Positions 1 through 9,778 are shown, counted from the stretch's first letter. The stretch is DNA of 30,296 nt from Chlamydiia bacterium (GCA_038257035.1 JBBSJT010000015.1:1-30296), one strand, 5' to 3'. The notes: a model not told the origin generated them from the letters alone. Made by a program: numbers and translations.

Positions 1-15
1 CTTAAGGTTGATATT

Positions 16-75
16 ATCCTGCCTGATCCTGCCGCGAAGCGAAGCGGAGCGATCCTGAATATCCTGAAAAAAATC
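16..75. repeat. Right arm of an ATCCTG-unit palindromic repeat element (left arm presumably outside the window)
   Basis: ATCCTG at 16, 26, 52 and 61, interrupted by GCCGCGAAGCGAAGCGGAGCG, and ending GAAAAAAATC like the other elements in the window. Confidence 0.55.
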
Positions 76-160
76 ATAAAAGTTTTAATAGATTGTAGAA
101 ATCTAAAAAAATTTTCAGATTGAAGTAGAAACAATATATATTAATGTCTGCTTTATTGTT

Positions 161-1114
161 TTAGATTTGTTCCAGTGCATCTTTGTTAAAAATGAGTTGT
201 GCTTCTTCTATAAGTGGCTCTTCGTGTCGTCTGGCAGATTGAACTTCAGCTTCGGTAACAACATTGCCATCTTTACAACACATGATATCGTTTCCAAAGT
301 AATTTAAACCCGATTCCAATTCAAATTCAGCTAGCAATATTTCCTCAAAGTTATTCCATTTGCTTTGATAATCATTTAAGGCTTCTATAAGCTCTTCTTG
401 TTTGGCGTTTCCAGAACGAGCTGCGCTTTCTGTTATTTTAGAATCCTTTACATTGGTATTATCCATTTGGGATTTATGAATACCTGCTAAATCGGACTTT
501 ATTTTTTGAATTTCCAATCCTAATTTTTCAATTTCTTCACAGCTTTTTTTTAGCCTTTCATCATCTTTTGCTGCCTGTATCACATCGGAAAGCCATCTGT
601 CTCTGATATCGGAATTGGTTTCTAAACCCGGAAGTTTTTTTACCGAAGTAATACACTTCTTCAAACACTCTTTGTCACCTTTTTGATAATTTTGTAAAGA
701 TTTTGAAATGTCTCTCATTTGTTCGGAAAGTTCATGATGACGTTTGTGTTCGAGTGCGTTTCTTTCGATTTCTTTCTTAAGAGCTTTTTTTTCGTCGCGT
801 TTGCCTTTTTGCATATCGTAAAGGTCCTTAGCAACAGCAACCATGTTATAAACCCCTGCAAATGCAAGAGATACAATATAAGGTGCTATGGTGCCGTTAC
901 AGTTACTAGTAAGAAATACGACAAGCGAGGCTGTATTAGCAGCAGTGTTTGCTGTAGATCCTAAACTGTTGGTCCAAGCAAGAGCCTCTGCAACTATTTT
1001 ACCAAATTTTTTACAATGAGTTATTTCAGCTTCATCATCATTCAAAATAACGTTTGTTTGGACTGTCGTAGTCTCAACAATTTGAACTGTTGGATTTTTT
1101 TCCACCAAAATCAT
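161..1114 (-). CDS. Hypothetical protein with an N-proximal hydrophobic segment and coiled coil
   Basis: 317-aa ORF; GAGGAG RBS; ATG overlaps the upstream TGA (ATGA, 1111-1114); hydrophobic stretch TASLVVFL...IVSLAFAGVYNMVAV followed by a charged helical region. Confidence 0.85.
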   Translation of the reverse strand: MILVEKNPTVQIVETTTVQTNVILNDDEAEITHCKKFGKIVAEALAWTNSLGSTANTAANTASLVVFLTSNCNGTIAPYIVSLAFAGVYNMVAVAKDLYDMQKGKRDEKKALKKEIERNALEHKRHHELSEQMRDISKSLQNYQKGDKECLKKCITSVKKLPGLETNSDIRDRWLSDVIQAAKDDERLKKSCEEIEKLGLEIQKIKSDLAGIHKSQMDNTNVKDSKITESAARSGNAKQEELIEALNDYQSKWNNFEEILLAEFELESGLNYFGNDIMCCKDGNVVTEAEVQSARRHEEPLIEEAQLIFNKDALEQI

Positions 1115-4100
1115 AGATTCTCCTCATCGCTCAGAGCTTTTAAAAGCTCATGTTCGCGTCTGAAAAGCACTTCGACAAGGCTATTGAGTTGGTTTTCATT
1201 TTCAGCTGTTTTTTCCTGTGCTACTTTATAAGTGGTCCATGCTTCATCAAGTTGCTGTTTATATTTATTGAGCTCAAACGCGAGATCCTCTACTTGAGTC
1301 TGTAATTTTGTGTTGAGATTTGCAGTTTGTATCAGCTCAACTTCTTTATTTATTGAATTGTCTTTGACTGCCATTTTCAATTCACTCAATTCTTTTTCTT
1401 TGAATAGGAGAAGCTCGGCTAATGTATTAGCTTCCTTCTCATTTTTTAAGTTCAAAGCTTTAATTTGTTCAAATTCTTGAAGAATATTTTGAGAGAATTC
1501 CTCTTGTTTAACAATGACTTTAGCAAGTTCCTGATTTGTTGACTCTTTGGTTTGAACTAAACTTTTGAGTTCATTAAGAGCCAATTCAAGTTGGATAGCG
1601 GCATTTTTTTCAATATCTTGCAAAATAAGAGCTTGATCCAGAGCTTGAGTGTAAACTTCAATTTCACCTTCATTTTTCTTGTGTAGTTGAGTTTTCCTTG
1701 CATTATCAAATTCAAGCTTAGCAATTTGATCTGTTAATTCTTCATTGATTTGCATTTTTTGATCTGCAAAAGCCTTGATTTCTTCAAATTGTTCCGCTCT
1801 TAATTGAAGTTGCGCTGTCAATTCATTCATATTTTTTTGAAAGGCTTCACGTTGAGCTTTTTCATTGGCAATCTCAAAGACATATTGATTTTCTTTTTCA
1901 ATCTTTGTTTTTAGAGTGTTTTCAAGCTCTTTTGCCATTTCTTCTTTCAATGCAAGATTAGTAAGCGCAAAGGTTTTAGACTCTTCCAATTCCTGTTCAC
2001 GCATTTCTATGAGATTTGCAAGCTCAATTATATTATATTCAATAGCTTCACGATTAGCTCTTTCAGTTGCAATTTGTTTAGAATAATAGTTTTCAATATT
2101 AGATGTTGCTTTTTCCATGGATTCTTGATTTGAAATGCATATGGTTTTGAGGGTTTCCAATTGCTTTTCACGCAATTCGATGAGATTTGCCAATTCGAAC
2201 ACATTCTTTTCAATAGCTTCACGATTAGCTTGTTCTTTAGCAATTTCTGATGAAAAATCTATCTCTTTGTTTTCTAACTCTTTTGCAATAGTCTCTTTTG
2301 CGGCTTTAGCATTTTCCAATTGCTGTTCACGCAATTCAACGAGGGCCGTTAACAGGGATAAATTATTTTCAATAGCTTCACGATTAGCTTTTTCAAGCGC
2401 AATGTCTGCTGAATAGCTTTGAAGTTCAAGTACTGCTTTTTCTTTAAATTCCAAATTTAAAAGTGCAAGAGCTCTTGCTTCTTCCAATTGATGTTCAGAA
2501 GATTCAATATGAGCTTCAAAATTTGTGATATTTTTCTCTAATGTTTCACGATAATGTTTTTCATTTTCAATTTGTTTAGAGTAATAGTCTTCAAGATTTA
2601 AAAAGGCTCTTTCATTTGATTCTTGACTTGATATGTATAATGCTTTGGATTCTTCTAATTGCTGTTCACGCAATTCAATGAGGGCAGTCATTTGGCTCAA
2701 ATTTTTTTCAATTTCTTCTCGACGATTTTTTTCCAGTGCAATATCCAATGAAAGCTCATTTGAAATATGATCCTTAAGTTCTTGATTTGAATTTGCAAGA
2801 GCTACTGCTTTTTCTAATTGCTCTTCACGCAATTCTACAAGAGTTGTTAATTCAGATAATTTATCTTCAATAGATTCACGATGAGCTTTTTCTAGTGCAA
2901 ATTCGCGAATGTAACTTTCAAGCTCATTGGCAACTTTTTCATTAGATTCAAGGTTAGAGGTTGCAAGTTCTGTTGTTTCTTCTAATTGCTGTTCACGCAA
3001 TTCAATAAGGGCAATTAACTCTGTTAAATTTTTTTCAATACTTTCCCGATTTGCTTTTTCGGTAGCAATTTCTTTGGCATAACTTTCAATTTCCTGCGTT
3101 AACGCTCGTTTTGATTCTTGACATGAACTGATCTCTGAACTCAATTCTTGCAATTGATATTCTCGTACATTTAGGAGGTCGTTAAGTTCGCTTAAATTGT
3201 ACATGAATGCTTGATTGCTAGCTTCTCTATCAGCAATTAAATTCGTATATAAGCTTTCGTTCTCATTTTTAAGTTTTATTTGGCTTTCAAGTTCTTCTGT
3301 TAATCTTTCATTGATTTGCTGATTTGCAGCTATAAGTGCCTTCATTTCCTCTAACTGTTCGTTCCTAGTTTGGACAAGGGCATCTAAATTTGTCTTTTCA
3401 TTTTCAAGATTTGCATAAATTTCAAGCTCAGCATTCATTTTTTCATTCTGAATTGTATAAGCTTCTTCAAGCTTTTCTATAGATTCTCCAAGTGATGCTA
3501 TTTGGTTATCTTTATCAATTATAAGACTTTTAAGAGTATTTCTATCATGGGATAAAGCATGTTGAACAAGTTTTAGCTGATCAAATTCTGATTGTTTTTG
3601 CGACAGGTCTTCAAAAAGTAGATGAGAAAGCTGTTCATTCATATATAAATCGTGAAGTTGTCCAACAGTGTATTCCATCGTATTTTGTTGTTGGTTTGCA
3701 AGTGATAATTTAAGATCTTCGTTAGTTCTGTATGACTGCATTTCCAGTTCTTCAAAGAGTCTTTTATTTAAGCTAAGCATTTCATTTTTTTCATCTATTT
3801 CTTTGATGAAAAATTCAACTTGTCTATCCTGTTGAGCTTTTTCTTGTGCAAGATTTTCCAATAATGTTTCGCTATTTTTTAGCAATTCCTTAGCAGAAGC
3901 AAGCTCTGATGCATGATAGTGAAGTTCCCTTTGGAAAAGATTTGAAGCTAGTTGCTCTGTTTCAATAACCATACTTAAATTTATCGCATCTGATTTTGCT
4001 ACTAACTTTTCAGCTTGGTAATTCTCTTTGAAATGATCGGCATCAAGTTCCTTGTCCAATGCTATTAAACTTAGCTTTCCATTTAAATCTTCTTGTTTTT

Positions 4101-4890
4101 CCAATTCAGCTTCACGTTTTTCAATTTGGGCAAGATATTCTTTATTTGCATCTTTTAGTAAAGTTTCGCTGTTTTCAAGTTCAGATACTAATTTTGTTAG
4201 ACGCATTTTTTCTGCAAGGGCAGCTTCTTTTGATGTTTCTAGGTTTTGAATTTGAACAAGATGATCTTGCATTTCCATTTTAAGCAATGTGTGAGCAGAT
4301 TCTAGCTGATAAATTGTTTTGACAAGGTCTTCTTTCTCATCGCTTGATTGATTGTGAAGGGTACCCAATTTTATCTCAAGTTGACGATGAGAGTTATTTA
4401 AACTCAACATTGAGGCTTGATCATTTTTAATCTGCTCTTCTTTACTTCGAATATCAGATTTTAATCTTTCAAGCATCTCTTCCAAGCTTAAATTTAATTG
4501 TTCTTCTTTTTTAAGTTCTTCTTTTAAGGTTGAAATTTCCTTATTTTCCTTGGATTGTTTTGCAGACAACAAAGAAATTTGAAGATCATGCAGGCGTTTT
4601 CGATTGGCGTGAGCTTCTTCTTTTAAGGCTATGATTTTATTTGAAAAATGACGATTTTCAGCTTTTAGCAAGTTCAGATTTATTTTCTCGGCTTTTTCAT
4701 AAAGACCTTTATTTCTGCTGATCAGTAATCTATTTTCATCTGTTGATTTAAGGTTTTTAGGTTCATTTTCACGTACGACTTCATAACCCATGACTCCAAT
4801 AAAAAGTGCTGTAACTGCACTAAGGATCAAGAATGATTTACCCTTTTTTTTATTTGGCATTTCATTTCGTTGTTTTTCATCTTTTGGCAT
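1111..4890 (-). CDS. Large membrane-anchored coiled-coil repeat protein
   Basis: 1259-aa ORF; basic N-terminus then one TM helix (FLILSAVTALFIGVMGY); the rest is E/K/L/Q-rich heptads; no Walker A motif. Confidence 0.92.
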   Translation of the reverse strand: MPKDEKQRNEMPNKKKGKSFLILSAVTALFIGVMGYEVVRENEPKNLKSTDENRLLISRNKGLYEKAEKINLNLLKAENRHFSNKIIALKEEAHANRKRLHDLQISLLSAKQSKENKEISTLKEELKKEEQLNLSLEEMLERLKSDIRSKEEQIKNDQASMLSLNNSHRQLEIKLGTLHNQSSDEKEDLVKTIYQLESAHTLLKMEMQDHLVQIQNLETSKEAALAEKMRLTKLVSELENSETLLKDANKEYLAQIEKREAELEKQEDLNGKLSLIALDKELDADHFKENYQAEKLVAKSDAINLSMVIETEQLASNLFQRELHYHASELASAKELLKNSETLLENLAQEKAQQDRQVEFFIKEIDEKNEMLSLNKRLFEELEMQSYRTNEDLKLSLANQQQNTMEYTVGQLHDLYMNEQLSHLLFEDLSQKQSEFDQLKLVQHALSHDRNTLKSLIIDKDNQIASLGESIEKLEEAYTIQNEKMNAELEIYANLENEKTNLDALVQTRNEQLEEMKALIAANQQINERLTEELESQIKLKNENESLYTNLIADREASNQAFMYNLSELNDLLNVREYQLQELSSEISSCQESKRALTQEIESYAKEIATEKANRESIEKNLTELIALIELREQQLEETTELATSNLESNEKVANELESYIREFALEKAHRESIEDKLSELTTLVELREEQLEKAVALANSNQELKDHISNELSLDIALEKNRREEIEKNLSQMTALIELREQQLEESKALYISSQESNERAFLNLEDYYSKQIENEKHYRETLEKNITNFEAHIESSEHQLEEARALALLNLEFKEKAVLELQSYSADIALEKANREAIENNLSLLTALVELREQQLENAKAAKETIAKELENKEIDFSSEIAKEQANREAIEKNVFELANLIELREKQLETLKTICISNQESMEKATSNIENYYSKQIATERANREAIEYNIIELANLIEMREQELEESKTFALTNLALKEEMAKELENTLKTKIEKENQYVFEIANEKAQREAFQKNMNELTAQLQLRAEQFEEIKAFADQKMQINEELTDQIAKLEFDNARKTQLHKKNEGEIEVYTQALDQALILQDIEKNAAIQLELALNELKSLVQTKESTNQELAKVIVKQEEFSQNILQEFEQIKALNLKNEKEANTLAELLLFKEKELSELKMAVKDNSINKEVELIQTANLNTKLQTQVEDLAFELNKYKQQLDEAWTTYKVAQEKTAENENQLNSLVEVLFRREHELLKALSDEENL
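1760..3080 (-). repeat. Intragenic tandem repeats of 53-57 aa (about 8 copies; boundaries approximate)
   Basis: Consensus IAxEKAxREAIEKNxxELxxLIELREQQLE; DNA anchor TTCACGCA(A/T)TTC at 1996, 2167, 2326, 2665, 2824 and 2992. Confidence 0.9.
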
Positions 4891-5001
4891 AATCTGACAC
4901 CTGGCTTATTTTTTCTGTAATGAAAAGAGATAAAGAGTATCTGATAAAAATTCAAGTTATAATTATTTTTTTTAAGTTTTTCGGGTGATGGGGGAGGGAG
5001 G

Positions 5002-5155
5002 GGACACAAGGGACTATGAGGACCAACCAACCCTATAAATTATATCAGTTAGTTTATTTAGACAAAATTAATAATACCTTAGGATACCTCCAAGACGGTG
5101 GATTTGTCCTTTAAGTCCTTTAAGTCCTTTTTGTCCTTTTAGTCTTTAAAAATCC
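5002..5155. repeat. Degenerate palindromic element with 9-nt-period GGAC/GTCC arms
   Basis: GGAC at 5002, 5011, 5020; GTCC at 5106, 5115, 5124, 5133 and GTCT at 5142; ends TAAAAATCC. Confidence 0.65.
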
Positions 5156-5197
5156 CTTAAAAGTACTCCAAAATCCCTTAAGCCCTGAATTCATTAA

Positions 5198-7786
5198 CTA
5201 TGGAACATAAACTTCCCAGGGTTTTTTTAGCCAATCGTTTTGGCAAATAGGCTGCAACCCTGTGCCATCCTCATAAACTTCCCAAATTTCGATTGCCGCA
5301 CTTGCCGGATTGAAGATAAAACAAAAATGTATATTATGTATTCCAGAACCCCAGTTAGTATCAGCAAAATGAATGATTGATGTTGAAATTTTCTCTTTTG
5401 ATACCTTTGGAATGATATGTTTAAAAATACAATCATCAATTTCAATAATACTTCTTTTAATAGAGTAGAACTTTTCATCGAGAATTTCTTTAAGAATATC
5501 TATAACGCTATTTCTTAGATTGGAGAGTGATATTTCATTTGGCAGGGCTTGGTATTTTTCATGAAATGTGATAAGAGCCTGTTTGTCATCTTTTAAAATC
5601 GTCGCATTGGTGATAAAAAAATAGAGCTTTTTACTCATTTCCGGGGTTACTTTACTGTCAGAAACTTTTTTTCCCTGAACAACTAAATTTTCATTGATCC
5701 ATTCCAAGATAGTTTTATCTGAATTTATTGTAGTATTTTTGGATGAACCGGGTCTATCTGCGTTTAGTACCCCCTTAAAAGATTCATGTCCAAACATCAT
5801 GGACAAGGCATGTTGACCTTTTATGATCAAGGGGGAGAGCAAACCCGGATTTTCTTTTAAATTTTTTTTAATTTTTTCAGGAAATTTTTTTGCCATTTCA
5901 ATCAGAGACGCTAAGAGTTTAGAAGCGTTTTTAGAAATAAAAACGGAGGATTGAGATTGGCCAAGTGTATTGGAATAGATTCTTAAAACCTCATTTGAAT
6001 TATTGCCTGTCTTATCCTTCCAAGGCGTATGAGCTATATCATTGATGTTTTTGATTAATTCCGCATCAGATTTGTAACTATTTTGAACTTCGTAAAAATG
6101 TAGGCAATCAATAATAAATTTGTCTGTTTTAATATAATCTTTAATTGGGTTCAATAATTCTTCTTTTTCCTTAAAGCTACAAAAACTGCGACTCATAATG
6201 TCCGTAATAAATGCGCGAAAATCTTGGCTATCTTCGATGCGTTTCCAATTTTTGCTGCTATTTGAGTTGTTTTTATTATATAAAATAAAAGCACCTCTTT
6301 CAGATCTTCCATCATTTGAAACTTCTTTATTTTTAATGTCTGTATCGTATGCATAGTGAGATGCTTCAATAAGGTATTTTCTAAAATTCTGTTTTAAATC
6401 GCGCTTGATAACTATATTTGTTCCTAATAATTTGGCTACAGATTTAATTACGGAATCAATTAATGCCTCTGTCAATTTCCCATATTCAGTGGCCTCTGCC
6501 ATCGAAGCAATAGCATTTTCCCACACCCTTAAAAGAGGACTATGCAATTGGCTTTCAAAGCTCAATTTTGCACAATAAAAATTATTTTCAAAATCTCCCA
6601 ACGCATGACTTGCAATTTTTTTTAATATTTTGGAAATTGAAAATTCGGCAATCTTACGATCCTCTAAAAGTTCAAGACTGATTTCAGTCAAAAAATCCTG
6701 TTTTTTTTTAATTCCAAGTGTTTTGCAAGCAGCTTTTATTCCCGGAACCTGCCAAAGAAAGCAGCTGAGTCTTTTTTCATCATAAATTTTTGCTGTTTTA
6801 TCCAGCAGAACTTTCTTTGATGTGGATTCATTTCCTGTACGCATGAGAAAGGAAAATTCTTTCAATTGTCCATCAACATTACGCGATATATGGTTTTTTT
6901 GGAGCAGTTCGCAAAAATCGTCTAAACTGCAGAGGAGTTGTTTTGAAAGTATTTCAATGGCGAGGAATGAGGCAAAACAAGAATTTGCAGGACTTTGGCG
7001 CATATGTGAAATCAATGCTGCCAATGCAGTTTTTTTGGCATCAATTGCGTTAGGTATTGTTTTAGAGATTCCTAGTGTTATTCGAATGATATCATTTGCC
7101 GGCATTGTCTGTGAAAAAGGACTTTGGATAAGATGGATTTTTTGACGTAAGAGTTTTGATAATCGTATTGAGTTTAAAACATAGGCAATATGTTTTTCAA
7201 AAGGCATTTTTCTTTGGCTTAAAAATCGTTTCATCAAAGGTTCTATAATGCCAATATTGATGAATCCTGAATCACTGATTAATGCTTTGGCAAGCTCTAT
7301 CGGTATCCTTACACTCAAAGCTTTTTCAGCGTTATGAAGAAGTCCCTGATTATGCTCATCAACAAACTTTAAAAGGGAGGCGGTGATTGCATTTAGTTTT
7401 TTTTCAAAAGCTTCATGAATTAGGATTCTCTGATCTTGAATTGATTTGTCTTTGATAAGCGTGCTGACTTCATCTATATTTTGATTGACCAAATAAATTA
7501 ATTTGCCCATCAAAGATCTTGATTCGGAGATGGTAAGTTCCTTTTTATTTATAACTTCGAAAGCAAAAAAAAGTATTCGATTATAAAGAGCTTCATTGCC
7601 ACTCGCCTTTAAATCGCAAACGGTTATAAGGTCATTCAATTGCTCTGTGATCGAGGATTCTTCTTCCATCTTTTTTAACTGATTAAGATAAGAAATTTTT
7701 GTATCAAGTAGCTCATCGTCTTCTTGATTGTAGTTTAAATCGTATATTCTCGATTCATGCGTATTTAATGCGTTGATTTCTTGCAT
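5198..7786 (-). CDS. Large hypothetical protein, possible papain-fold cysteine protease-like
   Basis: 862-aa ORF; motifs RQSPANSCFA, GQHAL and FADTNWG; the CDS is secure but the function is inference. Confidence 0.85.
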   Translation of the reverse strand: MQEINALNTHESRIYDLNYNQEDDELLDTKISYLNQLKKMEEESSITEQLNDLITVCDLKASGNEALYNRILFFAFEVINKKELTISESRSLMGKLIYLVNQNIDEVSTLIKDKSIQDQRILIHEAFEKKLNAITASLLKFVDEHNQGLLHNAEKALSVRIPIELAKALISDSGFINIGIIEPLMKRFLSQRKMPFEKHIAYVLNSIRLSKLLRQKIHLIQSPFSQTMPANDIIRITLGISKTIPNAIDAKKTALAALISHMRQSPANSCFASFLAIEILSKQLLCSLDDFCELLQKNHISRNVDGQLKEFSFLMRTGNESTSKKVLLDKTAKIYDEKRLSCFLWQVPGIKAACKTLGIKKKQDFLTEISLELLEDRKIAEFSISKILKKIASHALGDFENNFYCAKLSFESQLHSPLLRVWENAIASMAEATEYGKLTEALIDSVIKSVAKLLGTNIVIKRDLKQNFRKYLIEASHYAYDTDIKNKEVSNDGRSERGAFILYNKNNSNSSKNWKRIEDSQDFRAFITDIMSRSFCSFKEKEELLNPIKDYIKTDKFIIDCLHFYEVQNSYKSDAELIKNINDIAHTPWKDKTGNNSNEVLRIYSNTLGQSQSSVFISKNASKLLASLIEMAKKFPEKIKKNLKENPGLLSPLIIKGQHALSMMFGHESFKGVLNADRPGSSKNTTINSDKTILEWINENLVVQGKKVSDSKVTPEMSKKLYFFITNATILKDDKQALITFHEKYQALPNEISLSNLRNSVIDILKEILDEKFYSIKRSIIEIDDCIFKHIIPKVSKEKISTSIIHFADTNWGSGIHNIHFCFIFNPASAAIEIWEVYEDGTGLQPICQNDWLKKPWEVYVP

Positions 7787-7831
7787 AAACTACCGTCCTT
7801 GGTTGCTTAAAACTAAAATATGCAATAGAGT

Positions 7832-8413
7832 TTATTTTTTTACAACCTCCTCTATATTAAGGCTTTCAACCACAATGCGTAGTGGTGGAGAACGATAGGG
7901 CTCAAAAAGTGGCCCTTCAATGGTAACCATTTGATTGTTTTTTTGGGCCTCAATCAGTTTATTGCGTGTGTCAGGGGTAAGAGGGCGGTTAAACGGACTG
8001 TCTTCGATGACTAACTGATTTTTTACTGGAATGATTGGGTTTAATAAATAAAAAGGTGTGCCATCCCCGTCGGAAATAATTTTTACGTTAACTGGGTCGT
8101 GTTGAATTTTCCCTCTGACTTTGACGCGTACATCATTTGGAAAAGGGCCTATCATACGGAGGGCAGAATCGATTGACTGGAAGGAAAAGATCACTTTGGG
8201 TTTCCATTTTAAATCAGCTTGGCCGGCTGCTTGATTGACTTGAACAGAAGCTACACCATATATCTTTCCAAATTGGGCAAGTAGTAGCTGATTGCAACGC
8301 GCTTGGCATTGGGCAGCAGTCCATGTAACTCTCACATCTAAAATTTCAGCTTGGAATGGTTGAAAATATGTTAAATAGAGCATTCCTGTGCATAAAAAAA
8401 TCCGCGTAAACAT
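7832..8413 (-). CDS. Exported protein with an HMA-like (heavy-metal-associated) N-terminal domain
   Basis: 193 aa; AGGAGG RBS; signal-peptide-like N-terminus; CQARC followed by ...KIYGVASVQVNQAAGQADLKW, the HMA beta-alpha-beta-beta pattern. Confidence 0.75.
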   Translation of the reverse strand: MFTRIFLCTGMLYLTYFQPFQAEILDVRVTWTAAQCQARCNQLLLAQFGKIYGVASVQVNQAAGQADLKWKPKVIFSFQSIDSALRMIGPFPNDVRVKVRGKIQHDPVNVKIISDGDGTPFYLLNPIIPVKNQLVIEDSPFNRPLTPDTRNKLIEAQKNNQMVTIEGPLFEPYRSPPLRIVVESLNIEEVVKK

Positions 8414-8482
8414 AAGAACCTCCTAGCTTTAAACTCTTTATAATTATAATTTTAATTACTTGTCAACTTAGCTTTTCACTCC

Positions 8483-8795
8483 TTTTTTCACCACGAAGAA
8501 TGGCAACGTTTTGTGCCTTTTCATAAAGAGAAGTGATAACGTCTTGGATGCTTTTTTTTACCGCAAAGAGCGCGAAGAAGCGCAGCATATGCTGCGGGAA
8601 GAAATGCGAAGAAGCGGAGCTTATGCTGCTGCGAAAATGCAAAGATCAAGAGACATATAACTTTCTGTTCCTTTCCTCTTAATCGCGCTTTAGCGCGCCT
8701 CTTCGCGTTTCTTCCCGCGCTTCAGCGCGCTTCTTCGCGTTCTTCGCGGTAAAAAAAATCCCTATTAACGGTATATATATGCTTCGCGGTAAAAA
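8483..8795. mobile_element. Nested palindromic MITE/REP-like element, copy A
   Basis: Inner 32-bp inverted repeats 8552-8583 and 8727-8758 (30/32 match); outer ends TTTTTTCACCACGAAG (8483) and CTTCGCGGTAAAAA (8782-8795); homologous in reverse orientation to 13100-13403. Confidence 0.8.
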
Positions 8796-8842
8796 GGCAG
8801 ATCTGATATATAAATATTTTTTTAAGTAACAAGCGATAACAG

Positions 8843-9778
8843 ATGATCCGAAAATTTTTATTACCCTTTTTAGCGATAATAGGAGCTCTTTTTGGCTTGT
8901 ATACAGTTTTTTTAACCCAAAAAACAGCTGTTGTGCAACCCATTCCATTTCCCCCTGCACGATCTCCCTACCAACATAGTATTGCAGCTGCGGGAATCAT
9001 TGAGGCTTCTACAAATAATATTTCCATAGGATCACCCTTTAACGAGATTATCAAAAGAGTATATGTTGTTGAAGGTCAAACGGTTAAATCCGGAGATAAA
9101 CTTTTTGAACTTGATCAAAGAAAATTTCAAGCAGAGCTTGCTCAAGCGAAAAGCTCTATTAATGTAGCACAAGCAACCCTTGAAGATAGAGCCAAGCAAT
9201 TTTCCTTCTATAAAAAATTGCAGGGCTCAAAGGCTGTCAGTGAACAAATTTATCAACAAGCAAATTATGCCTTTATTGAAGCCAGAGAAAATTTAAAAGT
9301 TGCTCAAGCTAATTTGAATGTTATTCAAGCAAATATAGAAAAGTCCATTATTTTAGCACCAGTCGATGGTAAAATTCTTCAAGTCAATATTCATGTCGGC
9401 GAAATAGCACCTATTATTCCTGTTATTTCTGCAGCATCCACTTGGAGGGCGGCGGCAAATGGGACCCTTATTTTAATGGGAGCCGTCGATCCCTTGCAAA
9501 TGAGAGTGGATATTGATGAAGATGATGCTTGGAAATTTAGTGAGGGGGCAGAAGCAACTGCCTTTGTCAGGGGTAATAGAAATATCGGTTTTACTATGAA
9601 ATTTATTAGGGTAGAACCTTACATCATCCCTAAAAGATCATTTACCGGTATCACAAGTGAAAGAGTCGATACACGTGTTTTGCAAGTGCTTTACCAGTTT
9701 GAAAAAAAGGATTTACCGATCTATGCAGGACAAATCTTAGATGTTTTTATTAAATCAACACCAAATGCAGAATCTTAA
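8843..9778 (+). CDS. Efflux transporter periplasmic adaptor (membrane fusion protein, HlyD/DevB-like)
   Basis: N-terminal anchor, lipoyl-like halves (VYVVEGQTVKSGDKLFELD; ILAPVDGKILQVNIHVGE), alpha-hairpin, C-terminal ERVDTRVLQV. Confidence 0.92.
   Translation: MIRKFLLPFLAIIGALFGLYTVFLTQKTAVVQPIPFPPARSPYQHSIAAAGIIEASTNNISIGSPFNEIIKRVYVVEGQTVKSGDKLFELDQRKFQAELAQAKSSINVAQATLEDRAKQFSFYKKLQGSKAVSEQIYQQANYAFIEARENLKVAQANLNVIQANIEKSIILAPVDGKILQVNIHVGEIAPIIPVISAASTWRAAANGTLILMGAVDPLQMRVDIDEDDAWKFSEGAEATAFVRGNRNIGFTMKFIRVEPYIIPKRSFTGITSERVDTRVLQVLYQFEKKDLPIYAGQILDVFIKSTPNAES

Noticed and set aside
1111..4890. SMC/SbcC or tape-measure annotation for the 1259-aa protein
   Set aside because: No Walker A/B or hinge motif, it has an N-terminal TM anchor, and there are no phage genes nearby
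5149..5181. 12-bp direct repeat AAAATCCCTTAA (5149 and 5170) as a target-site duplication
   Set aside because: The two copies are only 9 bp apart and do not flank an element
8679..8960. ORFs 8679-8960(-) and 8722-8943(-)
   Set aside because: Antisense to the MFP gene and running into repeat copy A
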